64,000 nt of DNA from an uncultured Planctomycetaceae bacterium (lineage in GTDB: Bacteria; Planctomycetota; Planctomycetia; Pirellulales; UBA1268): positions 10,514-74,513 of the forward strand of contig CAISJI010000159.1 of NCBI GenBank assembly GCA_903885565.1, given 5' to 3'. This document shows positions 39,135 to 47,767 of this stretch, in pieces. The translations under genes were made by a program, and so were the position numbers. The notes beneath the pieces were generated by a model that did not search any database, was not told the DNA's origin, and was given only the letters and a program-made list of their open reading frames with translations. Position 1 is the first letter of the stretch; the number at the start of each line of letters is the position of its first letter.

Positions 39135-39935
39135 TCAGGTGGAAGTGGGCCTCACTCCGACGGTATTCCAGAGCCGGCTGCCGCTCAAGCAAACGGGGGC
39201 GTGGAGACTGACGAGCCTGCCGGTGGCGGGGTGCGGAAATTCCAGGCGGCTGGCATGGAGGCAGAGTCTGCCGGCGTCGCCGAATGCAGCCGGCGGGGCG
39301 TGCGGTGCCGGCGGATCAGCGCTGAACTGAGCGGCAGCAGCCGAACTGCTGTAGAGGTGATCACCCAGAATCGGAGCGCCCAGCCAGGCGAGGTGGGCCC
39401 GGAGCTGGTGCGATCGACCTGTCACCGGCTCCAATTCCACCAGCGACCAGCCGCCGGAAATGCTGCTGGACAGAGCGTCAGTGGCGGTCGCAATCACCTG
39501 CCAGCGGGAGATCGCCGGCCGCCCCAGAATCGGATCGATCCGCTGGCGGGGCGGCAACCCTGGATCGGCCGCCAGCGGCAGGTGGATCGTGCCGGCCGGC
39601 CGCGGCAGCCGGCCCTGCACCACCGCCAGATAGCGTTTGCGCACCTGCCGCCGCTCAAATGCCAGCCCCAGGGCTCCCCGGGCGGCCCGGGAGCGGGCCA
39701 GCACGAGCAGCCCGGAAGTATCGCGGTCGAGCCGATGCGCCGCCTCCAACAGCCCCCCTTCCTCCCCGGCGAATTCCGGCAGCGTGCGCAGAACCCGGGC
39801 CACATCGGGGGGATCGAGCGGCGTCCGCGCCGGCACGCTCGGCATGCCCGCTGGTTTTTCCACCACGACGATCTGGTCGTCGATCAGCACCACACGCAGG
39901 TGGCCAGCAATTATTGCGTGGCTGCTTTCTCTCAC
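39135..39935 (-). CDS. RluA-family pseudouridine synthase
   Basis: HRLDRDTSGLLVLARS (catalytic Asp motif) and LHASRLEFPHPATG are present. The GTG start at 39935 overlaps the upstream TGA (GTGA at 39932-39935). TGA 39135-39137. Confidence 0.85.
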   Translation of the reverse strand: MRESSHAIIAGHLRVVLIDDQIVVVEKPAGMPSVPARTPLDPPDVARVLRTLPEFAGEEGGLLEAAHRLDRDTSGLLVLARSRAARGALGLAFERRQVRKRYLAVVQGRLPRPAGTIHLPLAADPGLPPRQRIDPILGRPAISRWQVIATATDALSSSISGGWSLVELEPVTGRSHQLRAHLAWLGAPILGDHLYSSSAAAAQFSADPPAPHAPPAAFGDAGRLCLHASRLEFPHPATGRLVSLHAPVCLSGSRLWNTVGVRPTST

Positions 39936-42064
39936 AGCACGCCGAGCGACTCCACCCAGGAGCAGAGCGTTTCGGCTGGCACCTGCTCGAGCGCAGCAGG
40001 GGGCAACATGCCCACCGGATAGCCAGCCTCCTCCAACCGCCGGGAATCGAGCTCCAACCGGGGAACGGGCTGACCACCGCTGGTTCCAAAGAGCACCACG
40101 CGGCTGCGGCCCGGCTCAGCCGCTTCCACCGTGGCCTGCCGGGGCAGGCCAGCGTTGAACAGGGCCACTCCCCGCACGCCCGGCCCCAGAGCCTCCGCCG
40201 CCAGCCAAGCCATGGCGGCGCCGGCGCCACTCCCGGCGAAGGCAACTCGGGAAAGGTCTATTGGCCGCCGTTGCCGCAGCGAATCGAGGGCCCGCGCCAC
40301 GCCGGCGATATCTTCTCGGCCCCAGCGCTGCGGATCGGAGGGCTCAGGCAGGATCACTGCCACCCCATAGCGCGAGGCCGCCGCGGCCCACTGCGCCGAG
40401 GCAGCCCGCACCGCCTCGGTCTCAGCCGCCGCGCGAGCGGCCCCGGTGGCCGCCCCCTGCGGAGATCCAAAATAGACCAGCACCCCCAACGGCGTGCCCA
40501 GCGGCGACTCAGGCGCGGCTGCCGGCAGCACTGCCAGCGGCGGGTGAGCGATCTCCGGAGCGGGAAGTTTTTCCACCACTGCCTGCGCGGGATCGGCCTC
40601 GGAGACGGGCACCAATTCGGGCACCGTGGCAGGCGCCACCACGGTGGCCATCTCCAACTCAAGCGGGAGGCCGTCTCGGCGCACCGTCACCTGCACCACC
40701 GTCCCCGCCGCCAGCCCGCCGACAAAGCCGGCCAGAGCGCCGGCGTTTGAAACCTCCAGCCGCTCTCCACCGCCAGAGCTCCCCGCTTCCCCTGCGGCAG
40801 CGACTGTCGCCACCGCCTCGACGGAGTCACCGGCCACCAGCCCCGCCTGCGCGGCCGGCCCGGCGGGCCACACCCAGGCCACAGGTACACCCGGGGTCTC
40901 GCCCGCATTCTCGCCCTTTTTGTTCGCTGTGCGTGTGGGCACGATCCCCAGCACCGATCGCCGCCAAGGGGCGAGCGCGGCCACCAGTTCGACCCGCAGC
41001 GGCACGCGCACCTTCCCCCCGTCGGCAGAGCCGCGCTCCACCACCAGTTCGACGGAGTCGCCGGCATAGAGTGGGGCCAGCACATGCCGCAGTTCGGCCA
41101 CGCGGGCGATGCTCCGCCCTCCAGCCTCCACGATCGTGTCTCCAGCACGCAGCCCTGCCCGTGCCGCTGGCGAACCGGCCCGGCAGGTGGCCACCGTTGC
41201 TTTGGACGTGAAGGGATCGCGAGCAGAATAGCCAATCCCCAGAATTCCCGGGCTGAGCGTCTCCCCCTGCTGCAGCCGCGGCAGCACCCGCAGCAGATCT
41301 ACCAGGGGCACAGCGAAGCCGATCCCTGAGTCGTAGAGCTCAGTTCCCATCGTCATGCCAGCAGTGTCGGCAGGCACTGGGGCCAGGATGCCGATCACCC
41401 TCCCCTGAATGTCGATCAGCGGCCCGCCGTAGTTGGCAGGAGAGACAGAGGCATCGGTCTGCACAGCCTTGCCCCAGGCCCGATTCATCGCCGAGAGGAT
41501 CCCCACCGCCACACTCGGAGCCGAGCTGTTCCACGCCCGTCCCAAGGCGATCGTCCACTGTCCCACCCCCCACGACTCCCGCGGCGCGACCGCCAGGGAT
41601 GGCAGGGGCGCGGCAGCGGCGGGGACTTCGATCTGGAGCAGCACCAGTCCGCGGGCGAGATCCCGCCCCACGGCCCGGGCCACAACACGCGTGCCACCGG
41701 GTGTGCCTGGCAGCACCACGATCGCCTGCTTGGCATCCTTGGGGACGGCAAACGAGGTGGTCACCACCCAGCCCGCCGGATCAACAATCAGGCCGGACGA
41801 TGGCCCCGCTGCGGGAGCTGCCTCGGCCGGGCCGCCGATGCTCGCCTCCGAGACACCCGCCGCTTCGATCCGCACCACCGCCGCTGCCACCCGGTCGACC
41901 GCCGTGCGAAAGGCCTGCTCTTCGGCCGCCGCCACCGACCACTCCGCCGCGGGCTGCCCCACCGTCTGCCGAGCACTGGCCACAAACAATAGACAACAGG
42001 CAACGCAGCACATCTCGGCGATCCAGCGGCCCCTGCTCCAGATTCCCGGCAGGACGATTCTCAT
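39932..42064 (-). CDS. S1C (HtrA)-like pseudoprotease with all three triad positions substituted, two PDZ domains and a C-terminal alpha/beta-hydrolase-like domain
   Basis: ATG 42064 (ATGA overlap). Aligned by hand to the intact neighbour: His motif TNFHVV becomes TTSFAV, Asp motif GDVALIKL becomes RGLVLLQI, Ser motif GNSGGAL becomes ANYGGPL. PDZ-like blocks are SPAARAGLRAGDTIVEAGG and GPAAQAGLVAGDSVEAV. The C-terminus has VAFAGSGAGAAMAW (nucleophile-elbow-like). Confidence 0.7.
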   Translation of the reverse strand: MRIVLPGIWSRGRWIAEMCCVACCLLFVASARQTVGQPAAEWSVAAAEEQAFRTAVDRVAAAVVRIEAAGVSEASIGGPAEAAPAAGPSSGLIVDPAGWVVTTSFAVPKDAKQAIVVLPGTPGGTRVVARAVGRDLARGLVLLQIEVPAAAAPLPSLAVAPRESWGVGQWTIALGRAWNSSAPSVAVGILSAMNRAWGKAVQTDASVSPANYGGPLIDIQGRVIGILAPVPADTAGMTMGTELYDSGIGFAVPLVDLLRVLPRLQQGETLSPGILGIGYSARDPFTSKATVATCRAGSPAARAGLRAGDTIVEAGGRSIARVAELRHVLAPLYAGDSVELVVERGSADGGKVRVPLRVELVAALAPWRRSVLGIVPTRTANKKGENAGETPGVPVAWVWPAGPAAQAGLVAGDSVEAVATVAAAGEAGSSGGGERLEVSNAGALAGFVGGLAAGTVVQVTVRRDGLPLELEMATVVAPATVPELVPVSEADPAQAVVEKLPAPEIAHPPLAVLPAAAPESPLGTPLGVLVYFGSPQGAATGAARAAAETEAVRAASAQWAAAASRYGVAVILPEPSDPQRWGREDIAGVARALDSLRQRRPIDLSRVAFAGSGAGAAMAWLAAEALGPGVRGVALFNAGLPRQATVEAAEPGRSRVVLFGTSGGQPVPRLELDSRRLEEAGYPVGMLPPAALEQVPAETLCSWVESLGVL

Positions 42065-43128
42065 GGTTTCCTCGACAGTGCAGGACGCGGCCCCAATCCA
42101 CATTCCACAATGCTTCCCTCGCGCACCACGGTGAACTGCACCCGATCGCCGGTTGCCAGTTCCGCAAGAATGTGCTGCACTCCGGTCCGCGATGAGACCG
42201 AGCGACCGTTGACCGCCACCACCAGATCATCGGTGCGCAGGCCTGCTGCGGCAGCTGCGGAGCCGCTCCGCACCGACTCGACAAACGGCGGGGTTCTGTC
42301 GAGCAGATCGGGCACGAACACCACTCCCAACAGCTGCGGATCAAAGCGCATCGCCACCGAATCAAGCGCCGCTTCAGCCGTGGGTGTCGGACTGGTCCCC
42401 TGCCCCGCGAGCACGCTGCGGTAGCCCTGCTCAACCTCATCCACCGGCAACGCGTAGTTGAGCCAGATGCCGCTGGTGGTCGCCCGCAATTCCTTCCCCA
42501 GCATGCCGAGCAGTCGCCCGCGCCAATCGACGACGGCACCGCCAGCCGACCCAGGATTGTTGGTGGTGCAGTCGAGGATATAGACATCTCCGCGATAGGG
42601 TGCCTCGTGAGCCCCCCGCCGCGCATCCAGCGGCACCACTCCCGACACCACTCCATGCTGCACGCTCACCCGTTCATCCCCCACGGCGACTCCGAAGAGA
42701 TTCGAGAGGGCGAACACGCGCGTGCCCGGCGCCACACGGGGAAGCTGCTCCCAGGAAAAGGCCGGCAGATCCTCCCCCTGAATCGAGAGCACCGCCAGTT
42801 CCCGCAGCGGATCGCAGCCGAGGAGGGTGGCCGAATAGCGGCGGCCATCATCCAGCACGCAGTCGATCTCGTCGGAGTCCAGCACCGTGCTCTGCACCGT
42901 CACCACATGCCCTGCGGCAGAGACGAGAATGCCGGTCTGATAGGCCTCCAGGCCCCGCACTCCCCCGGCCCCATAGAGCTTCACCACGCAGCGGGCACTC
43001 CCGGCGATCGTCTGCTCAGGACTCACCGGCGGCGCGGCGCTGACGGCAGCCCCCACCACCAGCCAGCCCAGCAGCAGGCCGCAGCAGATGCCGCTCACAC
43101 TGCCCGATCGTTTTCCTGTCTGCATCAT
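42061..43128 (-). CDS. S1C (HtrA)-like protein with a degenerate triad (Ser/Glu/Ala at the His/Asp/Ser positions) plus one PDZ domain
   Basis: ATG 43128 (MMQTGKRS..., ATGA overlap), signal/anchor ICCGLLLGWLVVGAAVSA. TVQSTV stands at the His motif, RELAVLSI at the Asp motif, and NPGSAGGAV at the Ser motif (the Ser is shifted one residue N-terminal). PDZ block: AAAAGLRTDDLVVAVNG. Confidence 0.7.
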   Translation of the reverse strand: MMQTGKRSGSVSGICCGLLLGWLVVGAAVSAAPPVSPEQTIAGSARCVVKLYGAGGVRGLEAYQTGILVSAAGHVVTVQSTVLDSDEIDCVLDDGRRYSATLLGCDPLRELAVLSIQGEDLPAFSWEQLPRVAPGTRVFALSNLFGVAVGDERVSVQHGVVSGVVPLDARRGAHEAPYRGDVYILDCTTNNPGSAGGAVVDWRGRLLGMLGKELRATTSGIWLNYALPVDEVEQGYRSVLAGQGTSPTPTAEAALDSVAMRFDPQLLGVVFVPDLLDRTPPFVESVRSGSAAAAAGLRTDDLVVAVNGRSVSSRTGVQHILAELATGDRVQFTVVREGSIVECGLGPRPALSRKP

Positions 43129-45032
43129 GTCTCTCCTGGAGCTTCCACAGGCCGCGGGACCTCCCCGGCTGAATCGGCAGGGCTGTCGGCCTGCGGCGCC
43201 GCTGCCTGCACACTGGCCGCTTCGATGTGGAACACACCAAAGAGTCTGTCGCCGTGACGGGCCTCGATCCGTGCCGGCCATCCCGCCGGGATGCCGGAGA
43301 TCGGCAGCGCTTGCGCGAAGGTGAGTTCGCAGGGATCGGCATCGGGTGCGGTCCACAGATCGATCGCTGCCACAGCACCGCTGGGCGTTACGGAAACCCT
43401 CGTCTCCACCGCCGCTACGGCGGTCTCCAGGACATCGATCAACACCGGTTCCGCGCCGCTGATCAGGGCCGCCGGGTCGAGCGGTGCGGTGCCCCAGTAG
43501 CTGGTGCGTCCCAGAGCTGTGGGTCCCTCCAGCACCAGCCGGCGCCACACGATCAGCGCCGCCAGCATTCCGCCGCTGCCGGGCGGACTCGGATTGGCGT
43601 CGAGATCACCGCTGGCATCCACCGAGGTGGTGCCGGTGGGCAGATCGATGGTGGCGCGGCTATCGGCCAATTCGATACGAAATGGCTCGCCGCTGCCCAG
43701 GTGGCCCGCCATCACCCAGGTGCCGCGCCCAGGATCGGCGTGCCCGGCAGCCACACTCCGGGCCACGCGCGACAACTCCACCGTGTTGAAGTGGTAGTTG
43801 GTGAAGCCGGGACGGGCTTCGTACACCTCCTTCACGGCCGCGGAGAGCTGGTTGGGGGCGGGATGGGCAGGCGGTTCGGGTTTCTCCTCCGCTGGCTGGG
43901 GCGCTGCGGGGGGGCCGGGGCGTGGACGACGGGTCTGCTTGGAATTTTCCCCCGCCACGATAGAAGCCAGTTCGGCGGCAGAATGCACCCCCGCCAGCCG
44001 CACCAGAATCTCATAGCGGCGTCCCTGACGGCGATAGACCAACGGCACCCGCCACCCTGCAGGCAGCGTGCCCAGAACATTTTTCAGCGCGTTGACGGTG
44101 CGCACCGTGCGGCCGGCAATCGACACGATCTCGTCGTCGTAACGCAAACCACGCCGGTAGGCATCGGAGGAGTCCAGAATGTCAGACACCACCACCCGCC
44201 CATCCTCGGCTGTCGCCGCGGTCGCACCGAGCGTGGCGTGATCGACCAGCCTTCCCCCCTTGAGGCAGCCGAGGAAGTGCCGCAGCTGGTTGGCAGAAAT
44301 GGCATAGCCCACTCCCACATTCACCCGCCCCCGCTTCTCAAACGAAGCCCGGCCGTTGACGCCGATGATGCGTCCCTGGGCATCGAAGAGTGCTCCGCCG
44401 GAATTCCCCGGATTGATGGCGGCATCCACCTGCAGGCAATCGGCATATTCCAGGATCGTGCCGGCAGGAAACTGGTAGCGATGAACCCCCGACACGATGC
44501 CGGCGCTGATCGAGGGATGGAAGTCGGTGGCCAGCAGGAACGGATTGCCCGCCGCAAAACAGAAATCCCCCACCTCCACGGTGTCGCTGTCGGCCAGTGC
44601 GGCATAGGGGAAATCATCCCGCCCCAGCAATTTGATCAGCGCCACATCGCCGGTCGGATCGAGCCCCACAAGCACCGCTTCATACTGCCGGCCGTCCGCC
44701 AGACCGCACTGCATTGCCACGCCCGCCGGCTGCACCACATGAAAGTTTGTCAGGGCGTAGCCATCCGCACTGATCAGCACGCCGGAACCCCCGCCCGCCT
44801 CACCGGCGAAGATGGCCACCGCCGCCTGCGACGCCCGCGCGATCACTTCAATCCGCTGTTGCTGCGCCGCGAGCACCTCCGGCGCCACGTCCGCTCCGTT
44901 GGCCGGCGGCCCAGCCGGCTCGGCAAACGCCGCCGAGATCACGAGCAACCAGCCGGAAATGCATGCCGGCGCACACCAAAGCAGGCGGAGAACACCCCTC
45001 GGACGGGATCGTTGGGCGATTGTTTGTTTCAT
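43125..45032 (-). CDS. HtrA/DegP-family serine protease (intact triad) with a PDZ domain and a ~280-aa C-terminal extension
   Basis: ATG 45032 (ATGA overlap). Signal peptide LLWCAPACISGWLLVISAAFA. GGSGVLISADGYALTNFHVV (His), GDVALIKL (Asp), NPGNSGGALFDAQGRIIGVNG (Ser). PDZ block: GRVVVSDILDSSDAYRRGLRYDDEIVSIAG. Confidence 0.8.
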   Translation of the reverse strand: MKQTIAQRSRPRGVLRLLWCAPACISGWLLVISAAFAEPAGPPANGADVAPEVLAAQQQRIEVIARASQAAVAIFAGEAGGGSGVLISADGYALTNFHVVQPAGVAMQCGLADGRQYEAVLVGLDPTGDVALIKLLGRDDFPYAALADSDTVEVGDFCFAAGNPFLLATDFHPSISAGIVSGVHRYQFPAGTILEYADCLQVDAAINPGNSGGALFDAQGRIIGVNGRASFEKRGRVNVGVGYAISANQLRHFLGCLKGGRLVDHATLGATAATAEDGRVVVSDILDSSDAYRRGLRYDDEIVSIAGRTVRTVNALKNVLGTLPAGWRVPLVYRRQGRRYEILVRLAGVHSAAELASIVAGENSKQTRRPRPGPPAAPQPAEEKPEPPAHPAPNQLSAAVKEVYEARPGFTNYHFNTVELSRVARSVAAGHADPGRGTWVMAGHLGSGEPFRIELADSRATIDLPTGTTSVDASGDLDANPSPPGSGGMLAALIVWRRLVLEGPTALGRTSYWGTAPLDPAALISGAEPVLIDVLETAVAAVETRVSVTPSGAVAAIDLWTAPDADPCELTFAQALPISGIPAGWPARIEARHGDRLFGVFHIEAASVQAAAPQADSPADSAGEVPRPVEAPGET

Positions 45033-46357
45033 TTTTCGATGACCGGTGTGGTGAATCGCACGGGGCTGCCCAGATCTCCGCTTGTGCCGTAATCGACCGT
45101 CACCGTCAGACGCCTGGCGCCAGCAATTTCCAACTCAATCGGCAGTCCCTCCCCCACCCCATCGATGGGAAACACACCGGCATCGATCTCGCGTCGGAAG
45201 GCCTCGGAGTCGTCGACTGAGATTGTCACCAGCGTCTTCCCCGCCGCCATCCGCCCCGCCGCCGGGGCCACCACGGTGCGGAATCGCCGACTGTCGGCCG
45301 GCACGCGCCACACTGCCACGGTGCGGGGCCGCACCACGAGCCCCTCCCGGGGAAATTCGCCGGCAGCCACCACCGGCCGGGGCGCAAAATAGGGGGCAAA
45401 CCCCGGCAACGCGGCGAGGGAACCAAAGTAGGGCTCCACCTCCAGCCGTTCCGGCGGCAGACCAGTCAGCGCCAGCGTGCGATCGGCGGCAAAGTCGATC
45501 CTGGCCAGCAGGGGCGCCGGCACGCGCACAACGTCATCCAGCACCAAGCCGGTCGGCGTCCAAACCACTTTTCCAGCCCGCAGACTCCCGCCGTCAACAT
45601 CGACCACGATTCCCCGTGGAGCCTGGTTGGTCGCCTGAGCACGCAGCCACTGAAGCCCGATGATCTTTGCTCGCTTGACGGCGATCGTCTCATCATCGAG
45701 CAGAACGGTGACGGTTTCGGGAGACACAGCCGTTATCGCGCACTCCACAAACTCATGGGCCGCGGGAGTACCGACCACCAGGAGATCGCTCTCGGTCGCC
45801 TCCGGAACCGCCGTCTGCCAGCCCGATCCTCCGCTCCAGTCGAGGGTGTGGAGCCGCTCCGCCGGAACCTCGATTGGCCCATCAGGCGTAATCAAGAGGG
45901 CCTGCTTGCCATCCCAGGAAAAATCGTCTGCCTCAAGCGTTGATCCATCAATCCATGTCGACCGCAGCGCGGCAGGCTTGGCTGGCAGGACAGCCGCGCC
46001 ACTGCGTGTCACGACGCGCACCTGATCCAGTGGCAGCACCAGATCCTGTCCGGCAGAGGCAAGAGCCACCCCGTCGGCACCGATTCGCGCAAGCGGGCCC
46101 GAGAGCATGGTGCCATCGGTGCGTTCCACGCGAAAGGTTCCCGCCCCCCCCGCTTCACTTACCACAGCCACCGGTTCGGCAGCGGCCGCCCGCCCAGCCG
46201 AGCCAATCACCAAGAAGGCAAGCACGAAGCCGCTCAGCACAAAAAAGTCTGGCACACAGAGGAGCCGTCCCGCCCGCCGGCCGCGCCAGCAGCGGCCCAA
46301 CGAAAACATCCACTCCGGCGCAGAGAGCCACCGGTCAACCGAGCGAAAGAAGTGCAT
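45029..46357 (-). CDS. Membrane-anchored hypothetical protein (442 aa) with a C-terminal NPCBM-like beta-sandwich (tentative)
   Basis: ATG 46357. TM segment FFVLSGFVLAFLVIGSAG. The C-terminal RRFRTVVAPAAG...LVTISVDDSEAF...PIELEIAGARRLTVTVDYGTSGDLGSPVRFTTPVIEK resembles the NPCBM/NEW2 pattern as I recall it. Confidence 0.5.
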   Translation of the reverse strand: MHFFRSVDRWLSAPEWMFSLGRCWRGRRAGRLLCVPDFFVLSGFVLAFLVIGSAGRAAAAEPVAVVSEAGGAGTFRVERTDGTMLSGPLARIGADGVALASAGQDLVLPLDQVRVVTRSGAAVLPAKPAALRSTWIDGSTLEADDFSWDGKQALLITPDGPIEVPAERLHTLDWSGGSGWQTAVPEATESDLLVVGTPAAHEFVECAITAVSPETVTVLLDDETIAVKRAKIIGLQWLRAQATNQAPRGIVVDVDGGSLRAGKVVWTPTGLVLDDVVRVPAPLLARIDFAADRTLALTGLPPERLEVEPYFGSLAALPGFAPYFAPRPVVAAGEFPREGLVVRPRTVAVWRVPADSRRFRTVVAPAAGRMAAGKTLVTISVDDSEAFRREIDAGVFPIDGVGEGLPIELEIAGARRLTVTVDYGTSGDLGSPVRFTTPVIEK

Positions 46358-46377
46358 GGAGGAATTTTCACCGACAG

Positions 46378-47610
46378 TTAGGGGGTCTGTTCACCGGTCG
46401 CCAGACGCTTGAAGTATTGCTCAATCGCTTCCCGGTAGTGGGCCGGATATTCCCGGCCGATCTGCTGGAGCGCCTCTTCGCGCTGATGAGGAGGCAGGTT
46501 GCCCCAGCCGCCGGAATCGCCAATGTCGCGCGGCGTGACATCTCCCGGCCCCTTGCCGTCGGCGAGGCGACTGTCGTCCATCGGCTTGCCGTTGCCCCCC
46601 TTGCCCGTGCCCGCACCCCCGGCGCTCCCCGCCTGTGACTCCTGCTGCTTTTCGATGGCAGCGATCATTTTGTCGAGAGATTCGATCACGCCATCCTGTA
46701 CCTGGCGCGTGCCGGGGCCAGCTCGCCCCAGCCCCAGGCGTCTGGTGATGTCGCGCATGCGGCGTGCAATGTGATCAAGCGATTCATCCTCCAGCGACTT
46801 GATATCGGCCCGCAGCAACCGGGCCACCTGCTCATAGCGCACCGGAATCTCACCCGTGCGTTCCAACAGCCGTTCGAGCGATTCCAGCGCCAGATCACCT
46901 TTCAGCAGCCAGTGCTGGCAGGCGGCACGATGGAAGAAGAGCGACGCAGGATCGATGGCGGTGGCCGGATCGAGGTCGCCGATGATCGCCAGCCCCTCGT
47001 CATAGCGTTCCAGCCGCACCCACTCCCTCCCCAGCCAGAGTTTCACAGCGTCCCGTTCCCATGGATCGGTGGCTGGATCGGCCCACCAGAGCGTCGCTGC
47101 GGCCGATCCTTCCGCAGACTCAGCCGCCGCGGCCGCCAGCACACCCACCACGCGCGGGTCGGCGACGGCCAGCGCGGCGACCACCGCATCGAGCAGATCG
47201 CTGCCGGGCGCAGCGGAGCGTTCGTCCCATACTTCAGCGGCCCGCTGCCGATCGGCAGCAGACACTGGCGTTCGGGCAATCCATTCGGCTACCTGCCGTC
47301 CCACCGCTTCGCGCGTGGGGATTGACCATGTCGGCTGCCGGGCCAGTTCGCTCTCCGCAGCCTCCGCGCCAGAGGCCACGCCCGCCGCAGCGGGCTGATC
47401 GGCATCTCCTGCCAGCGGCATCGCCGGCACTTCCACTCCGGCGTTGCAGAAAGCCACCGCCAGCAGGCTGTGAATCAGGTGCAACAGCAGCCGATGCGCT
47501 GCCCGTCGACCGTGGCAATCCTCGGCGGTCCCACCGTTTACGAAAGTGGAAAAAGTGCCGGGATCACTTTTTCCACGGGCAGCTAATTCTTCGGCACCGC
47601 GAATCGGCAT
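46378..47610 (-). CDS. Hypothetical exported protein (~410 aa); C-terminus EYPAHYREAIEQYFKRL
   Basis: The start is uncertain. ATG 47610 has GAGG 10 nt upstream; the track start at 47709 is GTG and the intervening codons have low GC3. A hydrophobic LLLHLIHSLLAVAFCNA segment is present. TAA 46378-46380. Confidence 0.45.
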   Translation of the reverse strand: MPIRGAEELAARGKSDPGTFSTFVNGGTAEDCHGRRAAHRLLLHLIHSLLAVAFCNAGVEVPAMPLAGDADQPAAAGVASGAEAAESELARQPTWSIPTREAVGRQVAEWIARTPVSAADRQRAAEVWDERSAAPGSDLLDAVVAALAVADPRVVGVLAAAAAESAEGSAAATLWWADPATDPWERDAVKLWLGREWVRLERYDEGLAIIGDLDPATAIDPASLFFHRAACQHWLLKGDLALESLERLLERTGEIPVRYEQVARLLRADIKSLEDESLDHIARRMRDITRRLGLGRAGPGTRQVQDGVIESLDKMIAAIEKQQESQAGSAGGAGTGKGGNGKPMDDSRLADGKGPGDVTPRDIGDSGGWGNLPPHQREEALQQIGREYPAHYREAIEQYFKRLATGEQTP

Positions 47611-47767
47611 GGAGGCGAACCTCTGCAGAGTGACCAGACACAATAGCCACTCGCTTTTCGCATGCGCATGGCCCCAATCCATCATACCCGCGAGCCTGTC
47701 GCCGGGCACAGCGTTCGCCCCCGCCGACCACTTTTGGCCCGGGGACTGGCGAGAGCGAAGCCCAGGA

